Origin: a virus
Taxonomy: Duplodnaviria; Caudoviricetes
Virus record (IMG/VR): IMGVR_UViG_3300002055_000003
Span: 10,707-74,706 of that record
Length of the DNA stretch: 64,000 bases
Reading direction: 5' to 3' (one strand)
Under the pieces are notes generated by a model. The model saw only the letters and a list, made by a program, of their open reading frames with translations. It was not told the origin of the DNA and did no database searches. This document shows, in pieces, positions 9,884 through 19,439 of the stretch. Every line of letters begins with the position of its first letter. The first letter of the stretch is position 1. Both the position numbers and the translations under genes were made by a program.

Positions 9884-12294
9884 TATCCATTACCCTCTTC
9901 ATATGCTGGGTCAAATCGAGGAGTAAAAAACTTTGGATCATATTCAACATGAATATGATTATTACTAAATCTCCCCGGATAATTTTCATATATAACATCA
10001 TAATCTCTACCGATTCTACGAGATAATGCTCTTGCTATAATACGTCCTTCATCAACTGCAACATTTATATCTGAATTTAGATTATTTGCACGTAAATCAA
10101 TTGCGAAGTTTTTAAAGTGTAGTGATCCTTGACTATGTTTACTATCATTTGCCGACGTTACCACTGGCTTCAATGTTGTATGTTCTTTCCATACTGATAC
10201 AATATCATCAAGAATATTTTCAATCTCTGGTTCTATGTCATCTAATGATTTAGAACCACCAAAACGAACACCACTCTTAAGCCACAAATCAACAGTTGGG
10301 TCAATATTTTCTTGTTCTGCGGGTGATCCAAAAACCCCAACAGGCAAATATGCAATTTTTATACTTCCACCATCTTGATTTGCATCACTTTCAAATTGTG
10401 ATCGATTTACTTCATGTCTAAATTGTGCTTCCTGCTCGTAATCCCTCGCGTTTGTTTGTAATTCTTTTTGTGCAACATCGGCTGGTAATGCAGATGATGC
10501 AGGTAGACTGAATAAATCCAATGTTTGCGTGAATACTCCATCCGAAAAATCATTTATTATTGAAAAAATATTAAAATAACCATCATACCAAAAATCTTTA
10601 ACTCCTGTTAATTCTTTTGTCGAAGGATATTTTATGTTTATTTTTACAAGACCGGGCTTTGCAGCGATGTCAGCAAGACCTGTACTCTCATCTGTTATGT
10701 TTATATTTTCAGCGGAGTAATCATCAGCAAGAGATTCATTCAATAAATTTGGATTGCCAACAATTTTAACTCTAGCTTGAATATTTTCTAGCGCGACATG
10801 TCTTGCTAAATTTTGCTCAAACGATGCATTTGTTAGTTGGTTAATATCATCATTATACATACTCGGTGGTATTGTCATCCCTAAAAACAATGGTGCTCGG
10901 CGCTTTGCTGGAATTTTCTCAGTTCCTGCTGCCTCACTTGCTCTGTAATCAGTTCCACTTCTTGCTGTAATACCATCAGGTGCATTTACACCTTGAATAG
11001 CATCTGCCTGAGTAGATTGCGTTCCTTTGGGAGTTAAATTTGTTTGAAAGAAAGATAAGCCCATATCCATTTTTATATCATAATCAAGAATATCAGTATT
11101 CTTTCCAGTATAAATGTAATCCAGTACTATAAATTCACCCGGTTCAGGTACATAATTACTTCCATAAGGTTGGTAAATAGTTTCATAGCGGCGAATATTA
11201 TATAATATTTGATAGGATACACCATCATCTGGTGGGTCTAGTGTAGTAGCAATTTTTGGTGAATATGAACGACGTGTGTCTTTATTTTCAACACCCTCTT
11301 CTGTAAGAAATTTACATGTCTCCATGACTTTTCTAATACATGTTTCAACTGATGAATTTTCTGAAAATTTTAAAATAAATTCATCACCATCAGCAATTTG
11401 ATTATGTGATTTATTTGTACCTACGATATAATTTCTACCTTGATATACAGGGTCGAGATTAAATTTGTATACAACGTCAGAAAATTTATCAGCAATTAAG
11501 CTATTTGCGCGAGCATCGGAAGCATCTAAATTTGAACTGTTGGCTCGTCTGATATCAGCAGCCAGTTCTGGTATTAACTTTGTTTTAAACTCATTATATT
11601 TTCTAGAAATTTCTGATTCTAATTTTTGTATCGCACTTGATAAAGGTTCTCCCTTTTGAAGTCTAATAGACAATCCATTACCAATAGATGATATTTGCGG
11701 TAGTTTTGAAACACCATTTGATGTTCCAAACAACAATATTTTGTACAAAGACCCACCAGCTTTCATTTCAGCGGTCAAATCTATCATGATGAATGTAAAT
11801 GGTCTTATGTCATCAATTACAACTTGTTCACCATTATCGTTGATACCGACGAAAAATGTTTTTAGTATGAAAACAATTCCAGATGGATCAACGCCTAGTC
11901 TATCAGCTCCTTTTACAAGAACTTCTAAAAATTCAATACCAAATGGTTCTTCAATCACCATTTCACCATCAGTTTCAATTACATCATATTTTGAATCCCC
12001 CAACGGTCCAATTGGAGATAATATTGTTTCCCAACTAACTGATTTAATAAAATAATTTGCGTCTCTTCGACCATCAAACAACACAATATAAAGACCCTGT
12101 TCAGTCCCGCCTTCATCACCGGGGAGTTCTACAGCTTCTACATTGAATAGTAATTCAGGATCATTTGGTTCTGTACTAAACATTTGACTATTATTGGTCA
12201 AACTGTTTGCTGTTTTCATTCCATCACACATAACAAGGGAATGATGAGCCGTATATGATCTAAATTGAGCTAATCTATTTTGTGGATTTGACAT
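9883..12294 (-). CDS. Baseplate hub-like protein with a C-terminal M15/Hedgehog-DD-peptidase-like Zn domain
   Basis: Position between gp53 and the spike; start MSNPQNRLAQFRSYT. C-terminal SANDSKH...SLHFKNFAIDLR (H-x6-D) and NHIHVEYDP (H-x-H). Confidence 0.7.
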   Translation of the reverse strand: MSNPQNRLAQFRSYTAHHSLVMCDGMKTANSLTNNSQMFSTEPNDPELLFNVEAVELPGDEGGTEQGLYIVLFDGRRDANYFIKSVSWETILSPIGPLGDSKYDVIETDGEMVIEEPFGIEFLEVLVKGADRLGVDPSGIVFILKTFFVGINDNGEQVVIDDIRPFTFIMIDLTAEMKAGGSLYKILLFGTSNGVSKLPQISSIGNGLSIRLQKGEPLSSAIQKLESEISRKYNEFKTKLIPELAADIRRANSSNLDASDARANSLIADKFSDVVYKFNLDPVYQGRNYIVGTNKSHNQIADGDEFILKFSENSSVETCIRKVMETCKFLTEEGVENKDTRRSYSPKIATTLDPPDDGVSYQILYNIRRYETIYQPYGSNYVPEPGEFIVLDYIYTGKNTDILDYDIKMDMGLSFFQTNLTPKGTQSTQADAIQGVNAPDGITARSGTDYRASEAAGTEKIPAKRRAPLFLGMTIPPSMYNDDINQLTNASFEQNLARHVALENIQARVKIVGNPNLLNESLADDYSAENINITDESTGLADIAAKPGLVKINIKYPSTKELTGVKDFWYDGYFNIFSIINDFSDGVFTQTLDLFSLPASSALPADVAQKELQTNARDYEQEAQFRHEVNRSQFESDANQDGGSIKIAYLPVGVFGSPAEQENIDPTVDLWLKSGVRFGGSKSLDDIEPEIENILDDIVSVWKEHTTLKPVVTSANDSKHSQGSLHFKNFAIDLRANNLNSDINVAVDEGRIIARALSRRIGRDYDVIYENYPGRFSNNHIHVEYDPKFFTPRFDPAYEEGNG

Positions 12295-12297
12295 CTA

Positions 12298-12675
12298 TTA
12301 ACTCTCTATTGATATACCACCAGTTGAATTAGATAGTAATACAGTATTTAATCGCGAAGGAGTTGGTAGTTTTATAACCGCGCCTGCAATCAATTCCTCA
12401 TTTATATCAACAATGTTATTAAATTGCAATACTAACCATGCATATTTTGGATCATCATAAATTTTATAAGATATTAAATCTGCTCGACCTTCTGTTTCAA
12501 CCGTAACATCAAAAAATAAATCAGTAGGGTCTGGAACCATTATTGTACGCTCCCACCAAGCAACTCGGGTATTATAAACATCTGAAACACCACCACGAGT
12601 ATATCGAGTGTTTGACAAAACAACATTATAACCTCGTTGGTTACTCTTATCCATTGTTATACCCAAGATTACCAA
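12298..12675 (-). CDS. gp53: Baseplate wedge protein, gp53-like (LysM-like)
   Basis: EGRADLISYKIYDDPKYAWLVLQFNNIVD...IKLP motif. Confidence 0.8.
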   Translation of the reverse strand: MVILGITMDKSNQRGYNVVLSNTRYTRGGVSDVYNTRVAWWERTIMVPDPTDLFFDVTVETEGRADLISYKIYDDPKYAWLVLQFNNIVDINEELIAGAVIKLPTPSRLNTVLLSNSTGGISIES

Positions 12676-13363
12676 GTCGATAATCAGATAAACTAAAATT
12701 ACTCAATGCGACTGGAGACTGGGTTTCTACAAGAGCTATATCAACAGTCATAATAGTTGGCATTGGTGTTGGCTCTGCTTCATCTGTTGGAATGTAATCA
12801 ACATCAGTTGGATATAAAATGCCAAGAGATTCGATAACAACAGGCACTCTATATAAATGCCCGATTGAATTAATTCCTGTTTTTGCACCACGTCTTGAAT
12901 AAGCGGATAATTCTAATACTTGTGGCGGTGCTCCTAAAAATTCTTGATTAGCGCCCTGAGCTATTCCATTGATAATGTCTTTTATATAGTCAGTGTCCCT
13001 TCGTTCATTAGATGTTGATGCTACCGCTGATCGTCCTGTGCGTGCGCCTGTTTCACCAGATCGCTTACCAAAATATGGCATGGTCCAGCCGCGCAAAGTC
13101 CAAAGATATGCAAGATTTGTAGATGCTTCTTCTGGGGTTCTTGATGCTAATTTAACGGAGGTCAATTGAAATCGTCGTGACATTGATCTTTTATAAACAG
13201 CAATTTGACCGGGTGCATGTACCGGGTCAAGGAATTCATATTGCACTTGGCGATTTTCATTTAATTCAGGGGCAACCTCAAACACAACGCCACGACGCCG
13301 TTCCTCAACAGTATTTGCTCCCGAAGATGTCAATCTCACTTTAAATAAATTTTCTGTAGCCAA
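12647..13363 (-). CDS. Baseplate/tube-initiator-like virion protein (first gene of the baseplate operon)
   Basis: TTG start with GAGA SD; late TAAATA at 13392-13397; APPQVLELSAY...VPVVIESLGILYPTDVDYI resembles contractile-tail tube-like baseplate proteins. Confidence 0.55.
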   Translation of the reverse strand: MATENLFKVRLTSSGANTVEERRRGVVFEVAPELNENRQVQYEFLDPVHAPGQIAVYKRSMSRRFQLTSVKLASRTPEEASTNLAYLWTLRGWTMPYFGKRSGETGARTGRSAVASTSNERRDTDYIKDIINGIAQGANQEFLGAPPQVLELSAYSRRGAKTGINSIGHLYRVPVVIESLGILYPTDVDYIPTDEAEPTPMPTIMTVDIALVETQSPVALSNFSLSDYRLGNLGYNNG

Positions 13364-13431
13364 AATAGTCTCTTATTTTTGTGTATGAACATATTTAGTT
13401 TTCTTGTTAATTTTTGTTTTTTAGTAATTAA

Positions 13432-13460
13432 TTGACTTAGTTAACAGATTAATATACAAT
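13432..13460 (+). promoter_or_regulatory. sigma70-type promoter for gp55
   Basis: TTGACT-17 bp-TACAAT, followed by GGAGA SD and ATG at 13487. Confidence 0.75.
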
Positions 13461-13486
13461 ATTGTGTTATATGGAGAAATTAATTA

Positions 13487-14077
13487 ATGTCTAAACAAAC
13501 TAGAATACAATGGCTTGATAAATCAGTAGATCGTTATCACAAATATGATGCGGAGACTGGTGAATTACTTAGCACCAAAATGACGGAGGGGCCGTACAGT
13601 GATATTGAGATCGTCAAACAGCAGCCGCTGACAGCAGAAAAGGAACAAGAAATGGCTGGTAAGAGACGCAAACGAGTTAATTATCTATCCAATAAAGAAC
13701 TATTAATTGAATTTAAGAAGAGTAAGGAACAGGGCCAGATGACAGATAAATTTGCTCATATGCTCCAATTACTCGTCTATCGAATTTCAAAGAAGGGTAA
13801 TTTTGTTAATTACACATACTTGGATGATATGCGAAGTTATGCGATAGTCATGCTTATGAATACATGGGATCGATTTGACCCTGAAAAAAGTGACAAACCC
13901 AATCCTTTTGCTTACTATACTACCTGTATACAAAATAGTTATATTCAAATTTTAAATCAAGAAAAGCGACAACGAACAATTCGCGATGAATTGATGGTAA
14001 AACAAGGACTTACGCCATCTTTCTCATATCAGGATGAACACAAATCTACACAAAATACAGAAAGTTCTGAGGAATAG
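13487..14077 (+). CDS. gp55: Late-transcription sigma factor, T4 gp55-like
   Basis: VNYLSNKELL...NFVNYTYLDDM...FDPEKSDKPNPFAYYTTCIQNSYIQILNQEKRQ; directly upstream of gp47/gp46 as in T4. Confidence 0.88.
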   Translation: MSKQTRIQWLDKSVDRYHKYDAETGELLSTKMTEGPYSDIEIVKQQPLTAEKEQEMAGKRRKRVNYLSNKELLIEFKKSKEQGQMTDKFAHMLQLLVYRISKKGNFVNYTYLDDMRSYAIVMLMNTWDRFDPEKSDKPNPFAYYTTCIQNSYIQILNQEKRQRTIRDELMVKQGLTPSFSYQDEHKSTQNTESSEE

Positions 14078-14113
14078 TTCTTATAGTCATAAATTGTGAT
14101 ATAATACTCACAT

Positions 14114-15202
14114 ATGAAAACAATTAATGTAGATTTTAAAAAGATGTTTATGTTTACAGACATTCATTATGGGGCTGCTGACGCTGATAAAGAGCGTGGT
14201 CTACGCCATAATATGGACAATGATGCATTTATTGACTTCTGTATCGAAGAAATTAAAGCAGACCCAGTAATTGATGCTATTGGGTTTCTTGGTGATTGGA
14301 ATCAACATAGAACTGCTATTAATTTACATACATTGAAATATGCCTATGAAGGTATGAAAAAACTGAATGATCTTGGGCTACCGATTTATATCGTATTAGG
14401 CAATCATGACTTATATAAGAAGAATGATCGTTCAATTCACTCACTACACTTCTTCGAACAGTTTGAAAATGTTCATCTAATTGAAGACCCAACGGTTCTC
14501 AAGCAGAAAAATAGGAAATACCAAGACATATTGTTTTGTCCATTTTTAATGCACGGAGAAGAGGTTGACCTAGTTCAATACCTATCAGTACCATTATGGT
14601 TTGGACACTTTGAATTCAATGGCTATGAAGTTACTGGTCATGGTATGGTTATGACAGGTGGTGTCGATCCTGATGATTTTTCACAACCCGACTTAATTGT
14701 TTCCGGTCATTTTCATAAACGCCAAGCGAAGAAAGGCAAAAACGTTGTTTATATGGGCAATCCCTTCCCAACTAGCTATAGTGATGCTGGTGATGAAAAC
14801 CGTGGCTATGCTACATATGATTTTGAATCAAAAGAAATTGAATTTACAAACTGGGAAGATGGTCCACTTTATATCAAAACAACATTGTCCGACATACTTG
14901 ACGGAAAAGTGACTATAGATAATCGCTGTTATGTAAAATGTATTGTGGATCAAAAACTCACGTATGAAGAAAGTGCTGCATTACAAAAAGAATTAATGCA
15001 AGAATTTTTACCTAGATCATTTTCTTTAGAGGAATCCATTGAAATGAGTGATGTTATTACTGAAACCGAGGCCAGTAACAAATGGCTCAATGATGATATG
15101 GCGTCCGTTGATGAAATGGTAGTTGATATGTTGGCTGATGTTGAGAGTGAACAACTCGATAATGACGTATTGGTTGCTATATACAACGGTTTAGTAAAAT
15201 AA
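14114..15202 (+). CDS. gp47: Recombination nuclease gp47 (Mre11/SbcD metallophosphoesterase)
   Basis: FTDIHYG, FLGDW, LGNHD, GHFE, SGHFH motifs. Confidence 0.93.
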   Translation: MKTINVDFKKMFMFTDIHYGAADADKERGLRHNMDNDAFIDFCIEEIKADPVIDAIGFLGDWNQHRTAINLHTLKYAYEGMKKLNDLGLPIYIVLGNHDLYKKNDRSIHSLHFFEQFENVHLIEDPTVLKQKNRKYQDILFCPFLMHGEEVDLVQYLSVPLWFGHFEFNGYEVTGHGMVMTGGVDPDDFSQPDLIVSGHFHKRQAKKGKNVVYMGNPFPTSYSDAGDENRGYATYDFESKEIEFTNWEDGPLYIKTTLSDILDGKVTIDNRCYVKCIVDQKLTYEESAALQKELMQEFLPRSFSLEESIEMSDVITETEASNKWLNDDMASVDEMVVDMLADVESEQLDNDVLVAIYNGLVK

Positions 15203-15237
15203 TTTACCCTAATTAAACTAAGAGAAATAGTGTAAAA

Positions 15238-18021
15238 ATGATAATCTTCGATAAAGCAACATTTCAAAACTTTCTTGGGTTTGGTGAAATTCCTGTTGAA
15301 TTTGAACTTAACACCGAAATGACAACGTTGATATGCGGGCATAATGGTGCAGGAAAAGCAAATTCCGTAGATTCTATGATTAAAACTCCAACCGGGTGGA
15401 TTCGAATGGGGGATATTGAAATTGGCACAGATTTACAAATGCCAGATGGAAGTATTGCTCCAGTAAGTGGTGTTTATCCACAAGGTGAGATGGATTTATA
15501 TCGAGTGACCTTTCAAGACGGAAGAAGTACGGAAGTAACACTTGATCATTTATGGTCTGCTAAGTGTCATCAACGAGGCAATAAATACGAAACACTTACA
15601 ACTCAACAAATAATTGATCAACTTGAACTTAAGAATAATACTAATAATGGTGGGAAAAACTGTCTCACACTATCTGTTCCTTTAATAAAAAAGGAATGTT
15701 TTGATCATGCGTCCAATAATTTACCACTTGACCCGTATTATCTCGGACTGTTATTGGGTGATGGAGGATTTACTGACGATACTGTTAAGTTTTCATCTGC
15801 TGACGAATATTTAATTTCAAAAATTACTGAATCAGCAAAAAACATCAATGATTATGTTAAATACAGTGATCAATACGACTATAGAATAAATGGAACAAAT
15901 ACAAAGCGAGCGCTTGTTGATCTTGGTCTATATGGGCTATATTCACATGAAAAGTTTGTACCTCATTTATACTTATCTACATCATATGAAGATAGACTTG
16001 CCATGATACAAGGACTGATGGATTCAGACGGAACTGTTGGAAAAAATCAGGGTATGACTTTTACATCTACCAGTAAACAACTATCAGAAGATTTTCAATA
16101 TCTAATAAGATCAATAGGCGGTACTGCAAAAATAGATCAGCGGTATACATACTATAAACATAATGGTATTAAAAAACGAGGAAAATTGTCATATAGAGTA
16201 ACAATAAACTTTCACTCAAGACGAGATTTAGTACAGTTACCTAGAAAAATGGATAGGTTAACCGAAACTACACAATATTCAAACAATCAATTATCTATAA
16301 TTAGTGTAGAGTTTTCTAGACGAGGGGATGCTCAATGTATTATGGTGAATCATCCCGATCATTTATATATAACAGACGATTTTATCGTAACCCACAACAC
16401 AACAATATTAAATGGAATTGTTTACACTCTTTATGGAAAAGCATTGAGTAACGGTGCTGGAAGAGTAGATGATCTAATCAACAATATCAATAAAAAGCGC
16501 ATGTTAACCACACTTGAATTTCGTAAAGATGGTGAGCAATATAAGATATTACGTGGTAGAAAAATGGTCACAGGGGCTGCTGGGAATTATGTAACAATAT
16601 ATCGCGGAGAAGAAGATATCACCCCTGATAGTGCGAACAATGCAAACAAACTAATCGAGAGTATTATGGGAATGCCCTATGATCTATTCATCAGGATTGT
16701 AACCATCTCTGCTACATATGAGCCTTTTTTGTCGCTACCAGTAAGTCATTCAACAAAGGCATGTCAAACCGCTATTATAGAAGAATTGTTTGACTTAACA
16801 TCACTTAGTGAAAAGGCCGAAATTCTAAAAGGTCAAATCAAGGATACGAAGAAGTCGCTTGAAATCCACCATGCAAGAAGAGAAGCATTACAGGAAGAAC
16901 GAGAGCGCCATGAAAAACAGTTAACAAGTGCCGAGCGTCGTATGAAAGAATGGAATGAGGATACTAAAAACGAACTCTCTGAACTCTCTGAACTACTGAA
17001 ACATGCAAAGTCTATTGATGTTGAAAATGAACGATCTGTATTTGATGAAATAAAAAATCTTGAGGCTGAGTTGAGTGAATTGAGTCCAACTCGAAAGGAT
17101 ATTCGTAATCTACTTAAATCACATAAGGAGCTAAAGGAAAATACAGAAGCAGAAATGTCTCATTTAAAGGATGGCAACTGCCCTTATTGCAAGCAAAGCA
17201 TGGAAGTTGCTAAAGAAAAATTAAGTTCTGCAAAGAAAACATTGAAGACGTGTGATCGTTCAATTACTGATTTAGAAGAACAGATAGCGACATTAACATC
17301 AACAATAGATAATGTTAATGAAAAAATAGAATCACTGGAGAGTAAAACATCAGTTAACACTGTTGAAGAACTTTTTAAAGTAGAATCAAAAATAGAAAAA
17401 TATGCTTCGAAAATTGAAGAGTTGAATAAACAAGAAAATCCACATATGGAAACATTGGAAGAGTTATTAGATGTGAATGCCAGTGATTTTGATATGGAAT
17501 CTATAAATGATCTCGAAGATTTATTAAAACATCAGAACATGGTATTAAAACTTCTTACAAAGAAAGATTCTTTTGTTCGTAAAAATTTAATCAACAAGAA
17601 TATTCCATTTCTAAATAAGAGATTGAATCATTATTTGTACGAACTTAATTTACCCCAAACAATTGAATTCAAGCATGATATGACTGCTACTGTTAGTAAA
17701 TTTGGTAGGTCGTTAGACTTTGGCAACCTTTCTAATGGTCAGAAGGCTCGTGTTAACTTGGCGATGTCATTTGCCTTCAGAGATGTTTTACAAAATCTTC
17801 ATGGTCAAATAAACATTTGTATGTTAGATGAAGTATTAGACATCGGATTAGATGCAGAGGGTGTTGATATTTCTTCAAATATGCTAATTAACAAAGGATT
17901 GACTGAAGGGTTATCAGTTTTTGTAATCTCTCATAAAGAAGAACTATACTCAACTTTCGATAGAATAATAAAAGTTGAGTTAGTTGATGATTTCACAACG
18001 ATAACATATCCAGAAAATTAA
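15238..18021 (+). CDS. gp46: Recombination ATPase gp46 (Rad50/SbcC), interrupted by an intein
   Basis: Walker A GHNGAGK|TT, coiled coils with a CPYC zinc hook, signature LSNGQ, Walker B MLDE, H-loop ISH. Confidence 0.93.
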   Translation: MIIFDKATFQNFLGFGEIPVEFELNTEMTTLICGHNGAGKANSVDSMIKTPTGWIRMGDIEIGTDLQMPDGSIAPVSGVYPQGEMDLYRVTFQDGRSTEVTLDHLWSAKCHQRGNKYETLTTQQIIDQLELKNNTNNGGKNCLTLSVPLIKKECFDHASNNLPLDPYYLGLLLGDGGFTDDTVKFSSADEYLISKITESAKNINDYVKYSDQYDYRINGTNTKRALVDLGLYGLYSHEKFVPHLYLSTSYEDRLAMIQGLMDSDGTVGKNQGMTFTSTSKQLSEDFQYLIRSIGGTAKIDQRYTYYKHNGIKKRGKLSYRVTINFHSRRDLVQLPRKMDRLTETTQYSNNQLSIISVEFSRRGDAQCIMVNHPDHLYITDDFIVTHNTTILNGIVYTLYGKALSNGAGRVDDLINNINKKRMLTTLEFRKDGEQYKILRGRKMVTGAAGNYVTIYRGEEDITPDSANNANKLIESIMGMPYDLFIRIVTISATYEPFLSLPVSHSTKACQTAIIEELFDLTSLSEKAEILKGQIKDTKKSLEIHHARREALQEERERHEKQLTSAERRMKEWNEDTKNELSELSELLKHAKSIDVENERSVFDEIKNLEAELSELSPTRKDIRNLLKSHKELKENTEAEMSHLKDGNCPYCKQSMEVAKEKLSSAKKTLKTCDRSITDLEEQIATLTSTIDNVNEKIESLESKTSVNTVEELFKVESKIEKYASKIEELNKQENPHMETLEELLDVNASDFDMESINDLEDLLKHQNMVLKLLTKKDSFVRKNLINKNIPFLNKRLNHYLYELNLPQTIEFKHDMTATVSKFGRSLDFGNLSNGQKARVNLAMSFAFRDVLQNLHGQINICMLDEVLDIGLDAEGVDISSNMLINKGLTEGLSVFVISHKEELYSTFDRIIKVELVDDFTTITYPEN
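15358..16398 (+). mobile_element. Intein (347 aa) with LAGLIDADG homing endonuclease; Ala1, class-3 WCT signature
   Basis: Starts ANSVDSMIKTPTGW, block B TLDHLW, LAGLIDADG blocks YLGLLLGDG and IQGLMDSDG, block F AQCIMV, ends IVTHN/T. Confidence 0.9.
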
Positions 18022-18049
18022 CGGTTAATTTTTGCATCTAAATAGATGC

Positions 18050-18601
18050 ATGAAAAGAACAATGAGTGTTGACCAATCAATAACATGTACAGGTGTTTGT
18101 ATTTTTGAAGATGAAAAATTAATTCATTTCGAATGCATTAAAACAACCAATGATGAATCAAATGTTGCAAGAATATCTTATATAGCATCTCGTTTGCTTG
18201 ATTTGTTTAATGAATATAAATGTGATGACTTTGTTACTGAAAGTCTTGCATATGGTTCTATAGGGGACGCGACTAGAAATTTAGCGGGTTTGTTATTTGC
18301 AATCGAAGTTAAGCTCTATGAACAATTAGGAATTGACACTGTTCCAAAAGTAACTCCCACGTCAGTCAAAAAATTTGCGACTGGTTATGGTGGTAGTGCG
18401 AAGAAAAAAGTTACTAAAAAAGATATGATGGCTGCATTACCAGAAGATGTATACAATGATTTTTACAATGCTGGATATTTAAGATCAAAAGGACTTGCTG
18501 ATTTAGCAGATGCATATTTTATCGGTTTGTATTACATCGATAAATTCAAAACAGATGTAATTGAAGTTGTTCAAATAGACGAACTTACTGAACTAAAATA
18601 A
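18050..18601 (+). CDS. RuvC-like Holliday junction resolvase
   Basis: MSVDQSITCTG (catalytic D), VTESLAYGS (E), VKKFATG, DLADAYFI (D..D). ATG 18050 preferred over the track's TTG at 18032. Confidence 0.8.
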   Translation: MKRTMSVDQSITCTGVCIFEDEKLIHFECIKTTNDESNVARISYIASRLLDLFNEYKCDDFVTESLAYGSIGDATRNLAGLLFAIEVKLYEQLGIDTVPKVTPTSVKKFATGYGGSAKKKVTKKDMMAALPEDVYNDFYNAGYLRSKGLADLADAYFIGLYYIDKFKTDVIEVVQIDELTELK

Positions 18602-18615
18602 TGCTATAATAGGTT

Positions 18616-19290
18616 ATGAACAATATAACGATTTTAATTTCTGGCAAAGGATCAAACATGAAGGCTATTGTAGCCGCGTGTGAAAGTGGTCGGTTAGATG
18701 GCAAGGTTACTACGGTAATAAGCAGCCAAACAGACACACAATTTCAATTAACAAAAGGATGGTGCAACATTCGAGGTATTGAATGTTATCATAATAGACG
18801 TGATTTTTATGATTTTGAATGGATGCAACATGCTATTTTAGATGCTTTAATAGGTTTATCAAAGCCTGATTTAATTTGCCTTGCTGGATATATGAGTATA
18901 TTACCAGCGCATATCGTAGAAAAATACAAGAGAAAAATGATTAATATCCATCCTTCTCTATTGCCCAAATATAAGGGCTTACGCACGCACGAGAGGGCGC
19001 TTGCGAATAAAGATATCAATGATGTCTATCATGGTGCCACAACGCATTTTGTAACTGCTGAGCTTGATTCTGGGCCTATTATCAAACAGAAACTCGTTAG
19101 TAAAGACGTAAATGATACTGTTGAAACATTAAAAGCGAGAGTTAGTAGTATTGAACACGAATTATATATTTCATCAATTGAAGAAATTTTTGAAAAAGGT
19201 ATTGACAAATGCTATGAAGAATGTTTAAATCGGACATTGCCTGAATTATTCAAGCAAAATTTACAAGAATTAGAAAACTTAGACAAATAA
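18616..19290 (+). CDS. purN: Phosphoribosylglycinamide formyltransferase (auxiliary metabolic gene)
   Basis: ILISGKGSN, CLAGYM, INIHPSLLPKYKG (N, H), THFVTAELDSGPII (D): complete GART catalytic set. Confidence 0.9.
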   Translation: MNNITILISGKGSNMKAIVAACESGRLDGKVTTVISSQTDTQFQLTKGWCNIRGIECYHNRRDFYDFEWMQHAILDALIGLSKPDLICLAGYMSILPAHIVEKYKRKMINIHPSLLPKYKGLRTHERALANKDINDVYHGATTHFVTAELDSGPIIKQKLVSKDVNDTVETLKARVSSIEHELYISSIEEIFEKGIDKCYEECLNRTLPELFKQNLQELENLDK

Positions 19291-19435
19291 TAGACATTTA
19301 CTTAGACAAATAATAGACATTATAAGATTAGGCCGAGACATGAGTGCTGAAGAAGAGTAAGCGGGACACTAGCGGGAATATCTTTTTAGACAAATAATAG
19401 ACACCTTAGACAATTATTTAGACAATTACTAGACG
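19277..19435. repeat. Array of TAGACA boxes, including a 22-bp tandem repeat
   Basis: ACTTAGACAAATAATAGACATT at 19277-19298 and 19300-19321. TAGACA at 19280, 19291, 19303, 19314, 19387, 19398, 19407, 19419 and TAGACG at 19430. Confidence 0.9.
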
Positions 19436-19439
19436 ATAT

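Noticed and set aside
19277-19435. CRISPR array reading of the TAGACA repeats
   Set aside because: Units are 18-22 bp with gaps of about 1-5 and ~65 bp, no regular unique spacers, no palindromic repeat and no cas genes.
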